Assembly: GCA_964354495.1 (NCBI GenBank)
Contig: CAYHAA010000037.1
Span: 1 to 9,652, forward strand
Length of the DNA: 9,652 nt
Direction: 5' to 3'
Source of the DNA: an uncultured archaeon
Lineage (GTDB): Archaea; Asgardarchaeota; Thorarchaeia; Thorarchaeales; Thorarchaeaceae
A program made the position numbers and the translations under genes. Shown piece after piece: positions 1 to 7,120 of this stretch (positions are counted from its first letter, which is position 1; each line of letters starts with the position of its first letter). The notes under the pieces are model-generated. The model had not been told where the DNA came from. It searched no databases and saw only the letters and a list, made by a program, of their open reading frames with translations.

Positions 1-107
1 GGATTGGTGGTAGTATTCTCGGCTCACTGAAGACATTCCAGAAGATGTGGGTGTCTAAGAAAGAGTTCGAGGAAGTCGGACCAGAAGTCATACACCGCTG
101 TATCTAG
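1..107 (+). CDS. Actin (Asgard/lokiactin-type), 3' end only; 5'-truncated by the window edge, first full codon at 3
   Basis: Manual translation from base 3 gives [34 protein letters not shown], with TAG at 105-107. The leading 'gg' is compatible with a preceding TGG (W). It aligns without internal gaps to the eukaryotic actin C-terminus [36 protein letters not shown], apart from one missing residue at the very end. Absent from the ORF track because it has no start codon in the window. Confidence 0.95.
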   Translation, partial: IGGSILGSLKTFQKMWVSKKEFEEVGPEVIHRCI

Positions 108-122
108 TCTATTCTCAGTTTC

Positions 123-161
123 CGAAGAGGGATGCTTTTCCCTCTTCGCTCTCCTGTTTTT
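123..161 (+). terminator. Probable terminator of the actin gene
   Basis: Perfect 10-bp stem CGAAGAGGGA (123-132) / TCCCTCTTCG (139-148) with a 6-nt loop, starting 15 nt after the actin stop. It is followed by a pyrimidine-rich run ending in TTTTT (157-161). Confidence 0.7.
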
Positions 162-314
162 CAATATTGCCTTCTTTTAAGTGATGATGCATCTATGGCG
201 GCTATCCCGAGTGGCTACTATCCTGACATGTCACCTCACTTGACTAGCAACAGAAGAAACGGCATCGTAGAACACAGCCAGACTCATCGAGAGAAGGAGT
301 TGCTGACAATAGGG

Positions 315-320
315 TTATAA
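315..320 (+). promoter_or_regulatory. Putative archaeal TATA box for arsB (probably a leaderless transcript)
   Basis: TTATAA lies 24 nt upstream of the GTG at 345, with a purine-rich BRE-like stretch before it. This spacing puts the TSS near the start codon, and there is no Shine-Dalgarno motif. Confidence 0.5.
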
Positions 321-344
321 TATGAATAGAACCGGACAAGTATC

Positions 345-1694
345 GTGAACCCCCTGTCAATTGCTGCAATTGCTATCTTCGTGGTCACGCTTATTCTGAT
401 GATCCGCCGTCCTAGGGGCATGAACTTGGGCGTAGCCGCAGGTATCGGCGCTCTGGCGTCGCTTCTGGTAGGAACGGTTTCGCCTGCACTTGTCTACGAG
501 GCTCTTGCGGACATATGGGATGCAGCACTTGCTTTTCTCGGCATCGTCATGTTATCTGTCACTCTAGATGCCATGGGATTCTTCAGATGGGCTGCCCTCC
601 GAGTCGCCAGACTTGCAGATGGCAATGGAGTGAAGCTGTTCTTTCTGATATCATTGCTAACTGCTTCGGTTAGTATTCTGTTTGCGAATGACAGTGCGAT
701 TCTGATACTCACACCAATTGTCATTGAGATTGTTCGTGATCTGAAGATGAGTCAGAAGAACAGCTTGGCGTATCTCTTCGGTGCAGGACTGATAGCAGAC
801 ACAGCTGCAATGCCTCTCATAACAAGCAATCCTGTGAATATTCTGAGCGCAGACTTCTTCAGCTATACATTCATTCAGCACATGCTATTCATGGCTCCAG
901 TTGCTATTGTTACCCTTTTCATGAGCATTATGATTCTCTACGCCTACTTCAGGAAGGATGTCCCGCTGGCATACTCGACAGAGGAAGTTGAGAAGCTGAT
1001 TCAGGCAAGCTCCAAGCCGCTTCTGTTGAAGACGTGCATTATGACTCTCGTAGCCATAGACATAGGTTACGTCCTCACATCGTTGCTGAGAATCCCTGTG
1101 TCGTTTGTCATATTCTCTGGTGCGATATTCCTTCTATTAGTCTACTCAGTTAAGACTCAACGAATCAGTCAATCAATCAAGACCTATGATAGGCCTCTCT
1201 TGGTACTCAAGAGAGTCAACTGGGATATCCTGTTCTTCATGGTTTCGATTTTCCTTGTTGTGCAAGGCCTTAGAGTGGCGGGCACAGTTGACTTCTTTGC
1301 CAACCTGTTTGTCATGTCGCTTCAACTGCCGTTTGCTCTGTCTGTTCTCGTTCCAAGCTTCATAGTCACAATCGGAGCGAGCATCATGAACAACTGGCCG
1401 ATGACTATGGTCGGGTTATTGTCAATAGAAATGGCAGTAGACTCTGCAGGTCTAGGTGCTCAGGCCGTCACTTCCCTAATCTTCTCCAACATTATCGGTA
1501 ACAACCTAGGCCCACACTTCTTCCCCATTGGCTCGCTCGCTATCCTGATGTGGCTTGCCATCTTGAAGAGAAAGGGACTGACAATCACGCTGAGAGATTA
1601 CCTGAAAGTCGGATCCGTGCTATCGATACTGGAGGTCACGGTCGCCTCAATCATACTGTGGCTCGAGTTGACTTTCTTTGGACTAGTACTTTGA
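345..1694 (+). CDS. arsB: Arsenite/antimonite efflux permease, ArsB family
   Basis: 449 aa with many hydrophobic segments. ArsB-type motifs: LDAMGFFRWAALRVAR, LFANDSAILILTPIV, IADTAAMPLITSNPVNILSADFF, GNNLGPHFFPIGSLAILMW. GTG start. Confidence 0.9.
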   Translation: MNPLSIAAIAIFVVTLILMIRRPRGMNLGVAAGIGALASLLVGTVSPALVYEALADIWDAALAFLGIVMLSVTLDAMGFFRWAALRVARLADGNGVKLFFLISLLTASVSILFANDSAILILTPIVIEIVRDLKMSQKNSLAYLFGAGLIADTAAMPLITSNPVNILSADFFSYTFIQHMLFMAPVAIVTLFMSIMILYAYFRKDVPLAYSTEEVEKLIQASSKPLLLKTCIMTLVAIDIGYVLTSLLRIPVSFVIFSGAIFLLLVYSVKTQRISQSIKTYDRPLLVLKRVNWDILFFMVSIFLVVQGLRVAGTVDFFANLFVMSLQLPFALSVLVPSFIVTIGASIMNNWPMTMVGLLSIEMAVDSAGLGAQAVTSLIFSNIIGNNLGPHFFPIGSLAILMWLAILKRKGLTITLRDYLKVGSVLSILEVTVASIILWLELTFFGLVL

Positions 1695-1738
1695 ACTACA
1701 CGCTGTACTAGTAAAGATGTGTATGAGAAGTCTGCTGA

Positions 1739-2812
1739 CTAGGCTGTCCAATAGAGCCACTCACCATCTGTCTTCTCGCCTTGCAGCTTGCCCTTCTCAA
1801 ACCGTCTTCTGATGGTTGTGTATATCATCTTGTCCCTCTTCTTTGCCCTCGCATCGGTTTCTATGAGAGCTGTCATGATATCCCGGATTGTTCGCTTGTT
1901 AGGCAATCTGAAATAACCATTCTTCATGAGTGAATCGACAGCCCTTGAAGCTGACCACGGCTCAGGCTTCTGAGCCATCTCTGCTTCGAGTTTCGTTCTT
2001 GCCTCTTTGAACCTGGCTTCAAGTCTGTCCATTGGGACACCGACGACTTCTATCTTGTCAAGATCACCAATACCGAGTCCTCGCTCTACGAATGACTGAA
2101 TCACCTGTGCCTTATGGGGATTGATGCCTGCCAGATGAAGCCCGATGGCCTCTACTGCTACAGCGTCACGTCCAACGAAGAGAATGTCGGTCCTTGTTCT
2201 CGCGTCCTTGCCTTTGAAGAAATACGAGTAATACGTGGCGTCCAAGACTGCTAGGTCAATCCCTCCAATGGCCTCATAGAGAGATGTCAGGACACTGAAG
2301 AAGATCTCGCTCTTGTGGTACTGTACCTTCTTGCTGGTGGGTGGAAGACCAAAGAGGTTCTTCAGAATGCTTCCTCTATCATAAGCTCTCATGACATGTG
2401 TATCTACAAAGACACGGGGCTTGAAGACCAGCTTGGCCAGGTCAATGGTGACATCTCTAATTGGATTTGGAATCCTGACTGGAATCGTTTCGGTCTCCTC
2501 TGAGAGGTTCACAGAAATAACCGTGTCTGAGAATAGTGACTCCCACACCTTCAGTCTATCAGTAGCTGTTCCCTGATAGTTGTCAGTCTCGACAAGATAC
2601 TTCTTTGGTGAACGTGGGAACGCTCTGATGATTCCTTCAACTGTTTCCACTGTCGAATACGATCCGATTACAGGGGAGAATACCCCGCCTTTGATAACAA
2701 CCTCGCGATCTGAAACATCAATATCCTCAATTCCACCAATTAGATCACAGGCTTTCTTGACAGCATCATACTTATTCTCTCTGAGATTAACTGCTGCGAC
2801 TATGGCATTCAA
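1739..2812 (-). CDS. DUF362 (COG2006)-family protein, divergent, with a C-terminal winged-helix-like extension
   Basis: N-terminus MNAIVAAVN..AVKKACDLIGGI..EVVIK, then LKNLFG, DLAVLDA and VGRDAVAVEAIGLHLAGINP..GLG..D match DUF362 patterns. Start moved from the track's 2872 to the in-frame TTG at 2812, which has GGAGG 8 nt upstream (357 aa). Confidence 0.75.
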   Translation of the reverse strand: MNAIVAAVNLRENKYDAVKKACDLIGGIEDIDVSDREVVIKGGVFSPVIGSYSTVETVEGIIRAFPRSPKKYLVETDNYQGTATDRLKVWESLFSDTVISVNLSEETETIPVRIPNPIRDVTIDLAKLVFKPRVFVDTHVMRAYDRGSILKNLFGLPPTSKKVQYHKSEIFFSVLTSLYEAIGGIDLAVLDATYYSYFFKGKDARTRTDILFVGRDAVAVEAIGLHLAGINPHKAQVIQSFVERGLGIGDLDKIEVVGVPMDRLEARFKEARTKLEAEMAQKPEPWSASRAVDSLMKNGYFRLPNKRTIRDIMTALIETDARAKKRDKMIYTTIRRRFEKGKLQGEKTDGEWLYWTA

Positions 2813-2820
2813 ACAGCTCG

Positions 2821-2825
2821 CCTCC
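2821..2825 (-). promoter_or_regulatory. Shine-Dalgarno site for the DUF362 gene
   Basis: GGAGG on the minus strand, 8 nt upstream of the TTG at 2812. Confidence 0.6.
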
Positions 2826-2893
2826 GCTTGATGACGTTTCCCAAAGCTCCTCCTGATATTATCTCTGCTCAAATACTCCGAGCTAGAGGAAGC

Positions 2894-4102
2894 CTATGGT
2901 GAGTCCTGTTTCTGGAGCTGCGCAATCTTTTCTCGAACCTTATTGAGATCCCCAACTCGCTTGTTGACTGCTCCCTCTGCCTTTTCGATTCGCTTCTGGA
3001 TATTCTTGACTCGGTCATCTAGTGCAGAAAGCTCTCGCTTCTCCCGATTGTCTGCCTTGTCAAGCTCCTCTTTTGCATCATCCCACTCTTGCTTAGCAAG
3101 TCGCATCTGGTCATTGATACTCTCATAGTGTAGCCTCTTGAGCTCTGCCTTGTTCTGGCTCTCACGTACTCTTGCATCGAGCTGTGAACCGATTGCAGTC
3201 TGGTCTGCCAAGACCTGCTGCTTCTCCCTATGGAGGCTTGTTAGCTCAGTTATGCCATCCTTAATCTTGCTGTCCAGAAGGTCCTCAGGTTGCGTAATGC
3301 ATGCTCTTATCGTATCCATCTCAGGAATTGGCGCATCGCGAGCCTTGCTGAGGGAGGATATTGTAGCTGGTTCAGCACTCAGAGCATTGGACGCCGCTTG
3401 GAGGGGTGGTCTTCCTTGTGGATGTTGCTGCATCAGGGTGGACTGTCTATCTGGGGAAAAAGCAGTATCGCTGGGTGCGCTTGTCATTCTCGGTGGTTCT
3501 GACTTGGCAAATGAGGGGCTCACTGGTGTAGTTGCAGGTTGGACTCTTGCCTGCTCTATGGGTGTCCCAACAGGAGTTGCTTTGCTTGGCATTGGTCGAG
3601 TTGGCTCTCTCGGTGTTTGCAGTGGTCTTTGCATAGGCTGACTTGGTGTTGTTTCGGCTGGTCGCTGGGGTGTTTGAGGCTGAGTGGCAACTTCATGCAT
3701 GAGTTCTCGAACATCGCTTGCCCTGAGCATTCTGGTTTCGACAATATCCCCTCCTTCCTCTCTGATGCCGATTTCCTCTGCTCTCGCAAACGCCTCTCTT
3801 GCTTTCTCCATCTCGGATTTGCCTTTGCTGGACGATGTCGTTCTCAGTCTATCCTTAGATACTTCGCTGGGCCTCACCCATTCGTCGTCAGTCGTGACCT
3901 TCAGAGTTTCAGGGGATTGCCTGACGGGCTTCACTGGTTCCGCTCGCGGCTTTACTACTTCAACACTCTCCGACCTATCGGTGAGCCGTGTGGGAGTTTT
4001 CGTTGATTCATCCATTTTTGAGGAGAGGAGCGGCTTACCGCAGCGCACACAGTACTTCCTAGTAGGGAGGTTTGCCCTACCGCAACTTGCACACGTTCTC
4101 AT
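2894..4102 (-). CDS. Hypothetical protein: N-terminal zinc ribbon, long P/S/T/Q-rich disordered linker, C-terminal coiled coil
   Basis: 402 aa. CASC-x13-CVRC at the N-terminus. Low-complexity middle section. The last ~130 aa are rich in E/K/R/Q/L with heptad-like spacing and no prolines until the final residue. Confidence 0.85.
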   Translation of the reverse strand: MRTCASCGRANLPTRKYCVRCGKPLLSSKMDESTKTPTRLTDRSESVEVVKPRAEPVKPVRQSPETLKVTTDDEWVRPSEVSKDRLRTTSSSKGKSEMEKAREAFARAEEIGIREEGGDIVETRMLRASDVRELMHEVATQPQTPQRPAETTPSQPMQRPLQTPREPTRPMPSKATPVGTPIEQARVQPATTPVSPSFAKSEPPRMTSAPSDTAFSPDRQSTLMQQHPQGRPPLQAASNALSAEPATISSLSKARDAPIPEMDTIRACITQPEDLLDSKIKDGITELTSLHREKQQVLADQTAIGSQLDARVRESQNKAELKRLHYESINDQMRLAKQEWDDAKEELDKADNREKRELSALDDRVKNIQKRIEKAEGAVNKRVGDLNKVREKIAQLQKQDSP

Positions 4103-4278
4103 AGCACTTCAGTCCCTTTTCAGCACAAGTGCTACTATCCGTAACAAATGCAGTAAAGGTTTTCCAATGGCTTGTTCTCAGAAAAGGGGTTCAATTTGCT
4201 CTATCATTCGATGTTCCACTCACACATCAAGGGGTCGGTTCTGGCAGTTCCATATGGTTCAAGTCGAGGTGGTTGACT

Positions 4279-5745
4279 CTAATCTGAGCCCTTCAGACCT
4301 GCCTTTTCTTGTGCCATCTTGACTGGTGGCTTTATGGCAATAGGAACCGGGGATTTGTAGGCCCTCCCCATCTTTCTTTTCTCAAACTCATCTCGTACGT
4401 TCTTCAGCACATCCGGTTTTGTCAGAAGATCGATAGTTGTGCCTGCTAGAGTCTTCGCAGCAAACAAGAGCGACTTGTGCCCAATTCCTGCGCCGCTGCA
4501 TGCAACTGTCTGCCAAGAATGGCTGCCAACTCCCAAGACAAAGGTGGAAGTCGTGAACTCCATTGTGGGTGCAATCCAACTCACATCGCCAACATCTGTC
4601 GATCCAGGCCACACGATTCCTTCATCCCATGGGTCCATGATCTCGGTGTCAATATCAGTCTCAAGTAAGTCCTGCCAGCCCGGACGTCTTGATAGACGCA
4701 GTTCCTCAATTTTATCTTCCCTTGACACAGTTTCTGAGATTTCCTCAGCAAACTTCAACTCCTGTTTGGAATAAGTGGGTGCACCTATTTCTCTCATGTT
4801 AGCCGTAACAATTTCACTGAGCCCCTTGCTTGGAAGTACATTATAGGCTCCCTCAATGAATTCTGCTCTATGGGTTGTTCGCGCCATGAGATCTGCGCCA
4901 TCGGCCATCCTCAAGACCCACTCGTAGACCTGTTCTACCTGTTCCCGTTCGGGCGCTCTGACATAGTACCAGCTTCGCGCATATGGAGGAACAACATTTG
5001 GCTGCATGCCTCCATCTTCAATGACATAGTGAATACGTGCCTCTTGGATAATGTGTTCCCGCATGTAGTTGACTCCCGTATTCATCAGCTCCACAGCATC
5101 GAGGGCGCTTCTTCCCAGAAAAGGCGTATATGCTGCGTGAGATGCTACGCCATCGAAGTGGAATTTGACTGAATTCATAGCCAGACAGCTGCCAATGCCG
5201 GCGACGTTCGAACTTCCCGGATGATGACTCAGCACAGCATCAACATCATCATATAGACCCGCCCGCACCATGAATACCTTGCCGCTGTATGTCTCCTCAG
5301 CAGGAGTGCCATAGAATCTAATCGTTCCTGCTATTCCGTTACTCTCCATGGCAGTCTTGGTCGCTATTGCCGCAGCTAGTGCAGAGACTCCATGAATATT
5401 ATGTCCACATCCATGTCCCGGAGCACCCTCAATGAGTGGCTCTCTCCGTGTAGTAGCCCTTTGGGATATTCCTGGGAGTGCGTCAAATTCCCCCTGAACT
5501 CCAACAATCGGGCTTCCGCTGCCCCAGGATGCGACAAAGGCTGTGGGCATATCCGCAACTCCCCGTCGCACACTGAATCCATTCTCCTCAAGGGTCTTTG
5601 CCAGCAATGCTGAGGATTTGTATTCCACAAGTCCAAGTTCAGCAAAGTTCCATATCTTGTCACTTGTTTCAATCAATATGGACTTGTTACCGGTAATCCA
5701 CTTCCAAGCATCTTCTTTCATTCTTCTTTGCCTCAGTCCGACCAT
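4279..5745 (-). CDS. abgB: M20 family amidohydrolase, AbgB-like (p-aminobenzoyl-glutamate hydrolase subunit B type)
   Basis: Motifs EFDALPGISQ, GHGCGHN, GTPAEE, SHHPG, GRSALDAVELMNTGVNYMREH, GSTDVGDVSW. Start set at the first ATG (5745); ATG 5721 (MKEDAW, GAGG 9 nt upstream) is equally plausible. The track's TTG at 5811 adds a non-homologous leader. The actual substrate cannot be determined from sequence. Confidence 0.88.
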   Translation of the reverse strand: MVGLRQRRMKEDAWKWITGNKSILIETSDKIWNFAELGLVEYKSSALLAKTLEENGFSVRRGVADMPTAFVASWGSGSPIVGVQGEFDALPGISQRATTRREPLIEGAPGHGCGHNIHGVSALAAAIATKTAMESNGIAGTIRFYGTPAEETYSGKVFMVRAGLYDDVDAVLSHHPGSSNVAGIGSCLAMNSVKFHFDGVASHAAYTPFLGRSALDAVELMNTGVNYMREHIIQEARIHYVIEDGGMQPNVVPPYARSWYYVRAPEREQVEQVYEWVLRMADGADLMARTTHRAEFIEGAYNVLPSKGLSEIVTANMREIGAPTYSKQELKFAEEISETVSREDKIEELRLSRRPGWQDLLETDIDTEIMDPWDEGIVWPGSTDVGDVSWIAPTMEFTTSTFVLGVGSHSWQTVACSGAGIGHKSLLFAAKTLAGTTIDLLTKPDVLKNVRDEFEKRKMGRAYKSPVPIAIKPPVKMAQEKAGLKGSD

Positions 5746-5977
5746 TTGCGAGTCTAAGAATACACACTGAGCAGAGTATAGATCTTCACATAAATGTGAG
5801 TGGCGGCGCAATTCTGTCGATGCTTAATGAGTGTTTATCATGGGAGAACAAGCTGGCAGCGAGGAGAAAGGCACGAAGTGGTCAGCTGACCGATCTCACC
5901 CGGTATCAAACTGGATTATTATGCTTGACAGAAGACTAATCAGCAACTTTGTACACTGTCACTGAGCTGTACCAAAG

Positions 5978-7060
5978 ATGAATTCCTACGAGAAACTAGC
6001 AGCCACGCTAGACAAAATTCCTAATGGATTTCCGGCTGTTGAAGACGGAACCCATCTGAGAATACTTGAATGGATTTTTACTCCTGAGGAGGCAGAGCTC
6101 GCTAGCAAGATGAAACTTCGAGGCGAGACTCTAGACGAGATGGCGGGTCGTCTGAGGATTCCAAAGAAGAAACTCAATTTGCTTCTTACCACTATGGTGT
6201 CTAAGGGGCAGATCAGTTCATGGACATCCAAGAGCGCAGGTGGCAAGAAGTACGGACTGCTCCCCTTTGCAGTTGGAATCTATGAAGAACAACTGAATCG
6301 CATGGACGAGGAGTTTGCACGACTGCTGGAGCAGTACTTTAAACAGGGTTTCAAAAAAATCGCTACAATAGAGCCGGTCATCTTCAAGGTCATTCCTGTC
6401 AACCAGAGCATCAGAGGCGAGCTCGAGATTCATCCCTACGAGCAGGCAGAGCAGCTTCTTGAGAATGCAGCATCGTGGGGGATTCGAGAATGCATCTGCA
6501 AGAAGCAGAAAGCACTTCTTGGACAGCCATGTTCCTATCCTACAACCGTCTGCATGGCTTTCGTCCCGAACAGAGAACACGCATTTGATAATGATGAGCT
6601 TACAAAGCCGATTACGAAAGAGGAGTCACTGAGACTTCTGAGGCAGGCAGAGGAAGCAGGTCTTGTCCACTGCTCATACAACACACAGGCAGGTCATTAC
6701 TACATCTGTAACTGCTGTACATGCTGTTGTGCTGTTCTCAGGGGGTTCAGTGCGCTCAGCAATCCTCGTGAGTACATAAAGACCGATTTCGTAATTTCAG
6801 TGAATGCAGACCTATGCACTGGATGCGGAACATGCATAGATAGATGTCAGTTCCATGCTCTCAGCGTCCCTGAAGATGTATGTGTTCCCAATACAACAAG
6901 ATGCATTGGATGTGGGGTCTGTGCCATGGTGTGCCCCGAATCTGCACTAGAGCTCATTAGAAAGGAACCTGCAGATAAGCCACCCTCGCCCGAGAATCTA
7001 ATGGATTGGATGACTCAGCGTGCAGTCTTTCGCAAGGTAGATCCCTCAGATGTGCTCTAG
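5978..7060 (+). CDS. Iron-sulfur protein: N-terminal HTH-like region, Cys-rich central domain, C-terminal 2x[4Fe-4S] ferredoxin domain
   Basis: 360 aa. HTH-like TLDEMAGRLRIPKKKLNLLLTTMVSKG. Central ECIC..PC..VC and ICNCCTCCC. Ferredoxin motifs CTGCGTCIDRC and CIGCGVCAMVCP. Confidence 0.85.
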   Translation: MNSYEKLAATLDKIPNGFPAVEDGTHLRILEWIFTPEEAELASKMKLRGETLDEMAGRLRIPKKKLNLLLTTMVSKGQISSWTSKSAGGKKYGLLPFAVGIYEEQLNRMDEEFARLLEQYFKQGFKKIATIEPVIFKVIPVNQSIRGELEIHPYEQAEQLLENAASWGIRECICKKQKALLGQPCSYPTTVCMAFVPNREHAFDNDELTKPITKEESLRLLRQAEEAGLVHCSYNTQAGHYYICNCCTCCCAVLRGFSALSNPREYIKTDFVISVNADLCTGCGTCIDRCQFHALSVPEDVCVPNTTRCIGCGVCAMVCPESALELIRKEPADKPPSPENLMDWMTQRAVFRKVDPSDVL

Positions 7061-7120
7061 GCCAAAAAGGTATGACTACTCTTAAGAAGAACCGAGAGGA
7101 AAGAATCCCTGGAGTTGCTC

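Noticed and set aside
181-310. Possible riboswitch or ncRNA between actin and arsB, including the palindrome TGACATGTCA (224-233)
   Set aside because: No match to a riboswitch consensus I can recognise (for example fluoride/crcB), and no extended structure. A 10-bp palindrome is expected by chance. An Infernal/Rfam scan would settle it.
132-320. 62-aa ORF from the track
   Set aside because: It starts inside the terminator hairpin, ends on the arsB TATA box and has no recognisable motif. Probably spurious.
1682-1712. ACTAGTAC / GTACTAGT inverted repeat at the arsB stop
   Set aside because: AT-rich 8-bp stem with a 15-nt loop, built on a short self-palindrome and with no U-tract. Too weak to call a terminator.
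2813-2872. Track start for the DUF362 gene at 2872
   Set aside because: The TTG at 2812 has a well-spaced GGAGG and gives a typical DUF362 N-terminus.
3684-4322. 212-aa plus-strand ORF, and other antisense or nested ORFs (3138-3641, 3539-4006, 9036-9377, 8270-8602, 4439-4774 and similar)
   Set aside because: These are shadows of well-supported genes on the opposite strand or in another frame, and none has a motif of its own.
5746-5811. N-terminal extension of the amidohydrolase given by the ORF track (TTG at 5811)
   Set aside because: The extra 22 aa are not AbgB-like and overlap the probable promoter region. ATG 5745 or 5721 fits the family length better.
5924-5952. TTGACA resembling a bacterial -35 element upstream of the Fe-S gene
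   Set aside because: There is no matching -10 box at 16-18 nt spacing, and the context appears archaeal.
5840-5965. 41-codon ATG ORF in the divergent intergenic region (MGEQAGSEEK...)
   Set aside because: Short, with no RBS and no motif; consistent with chance.
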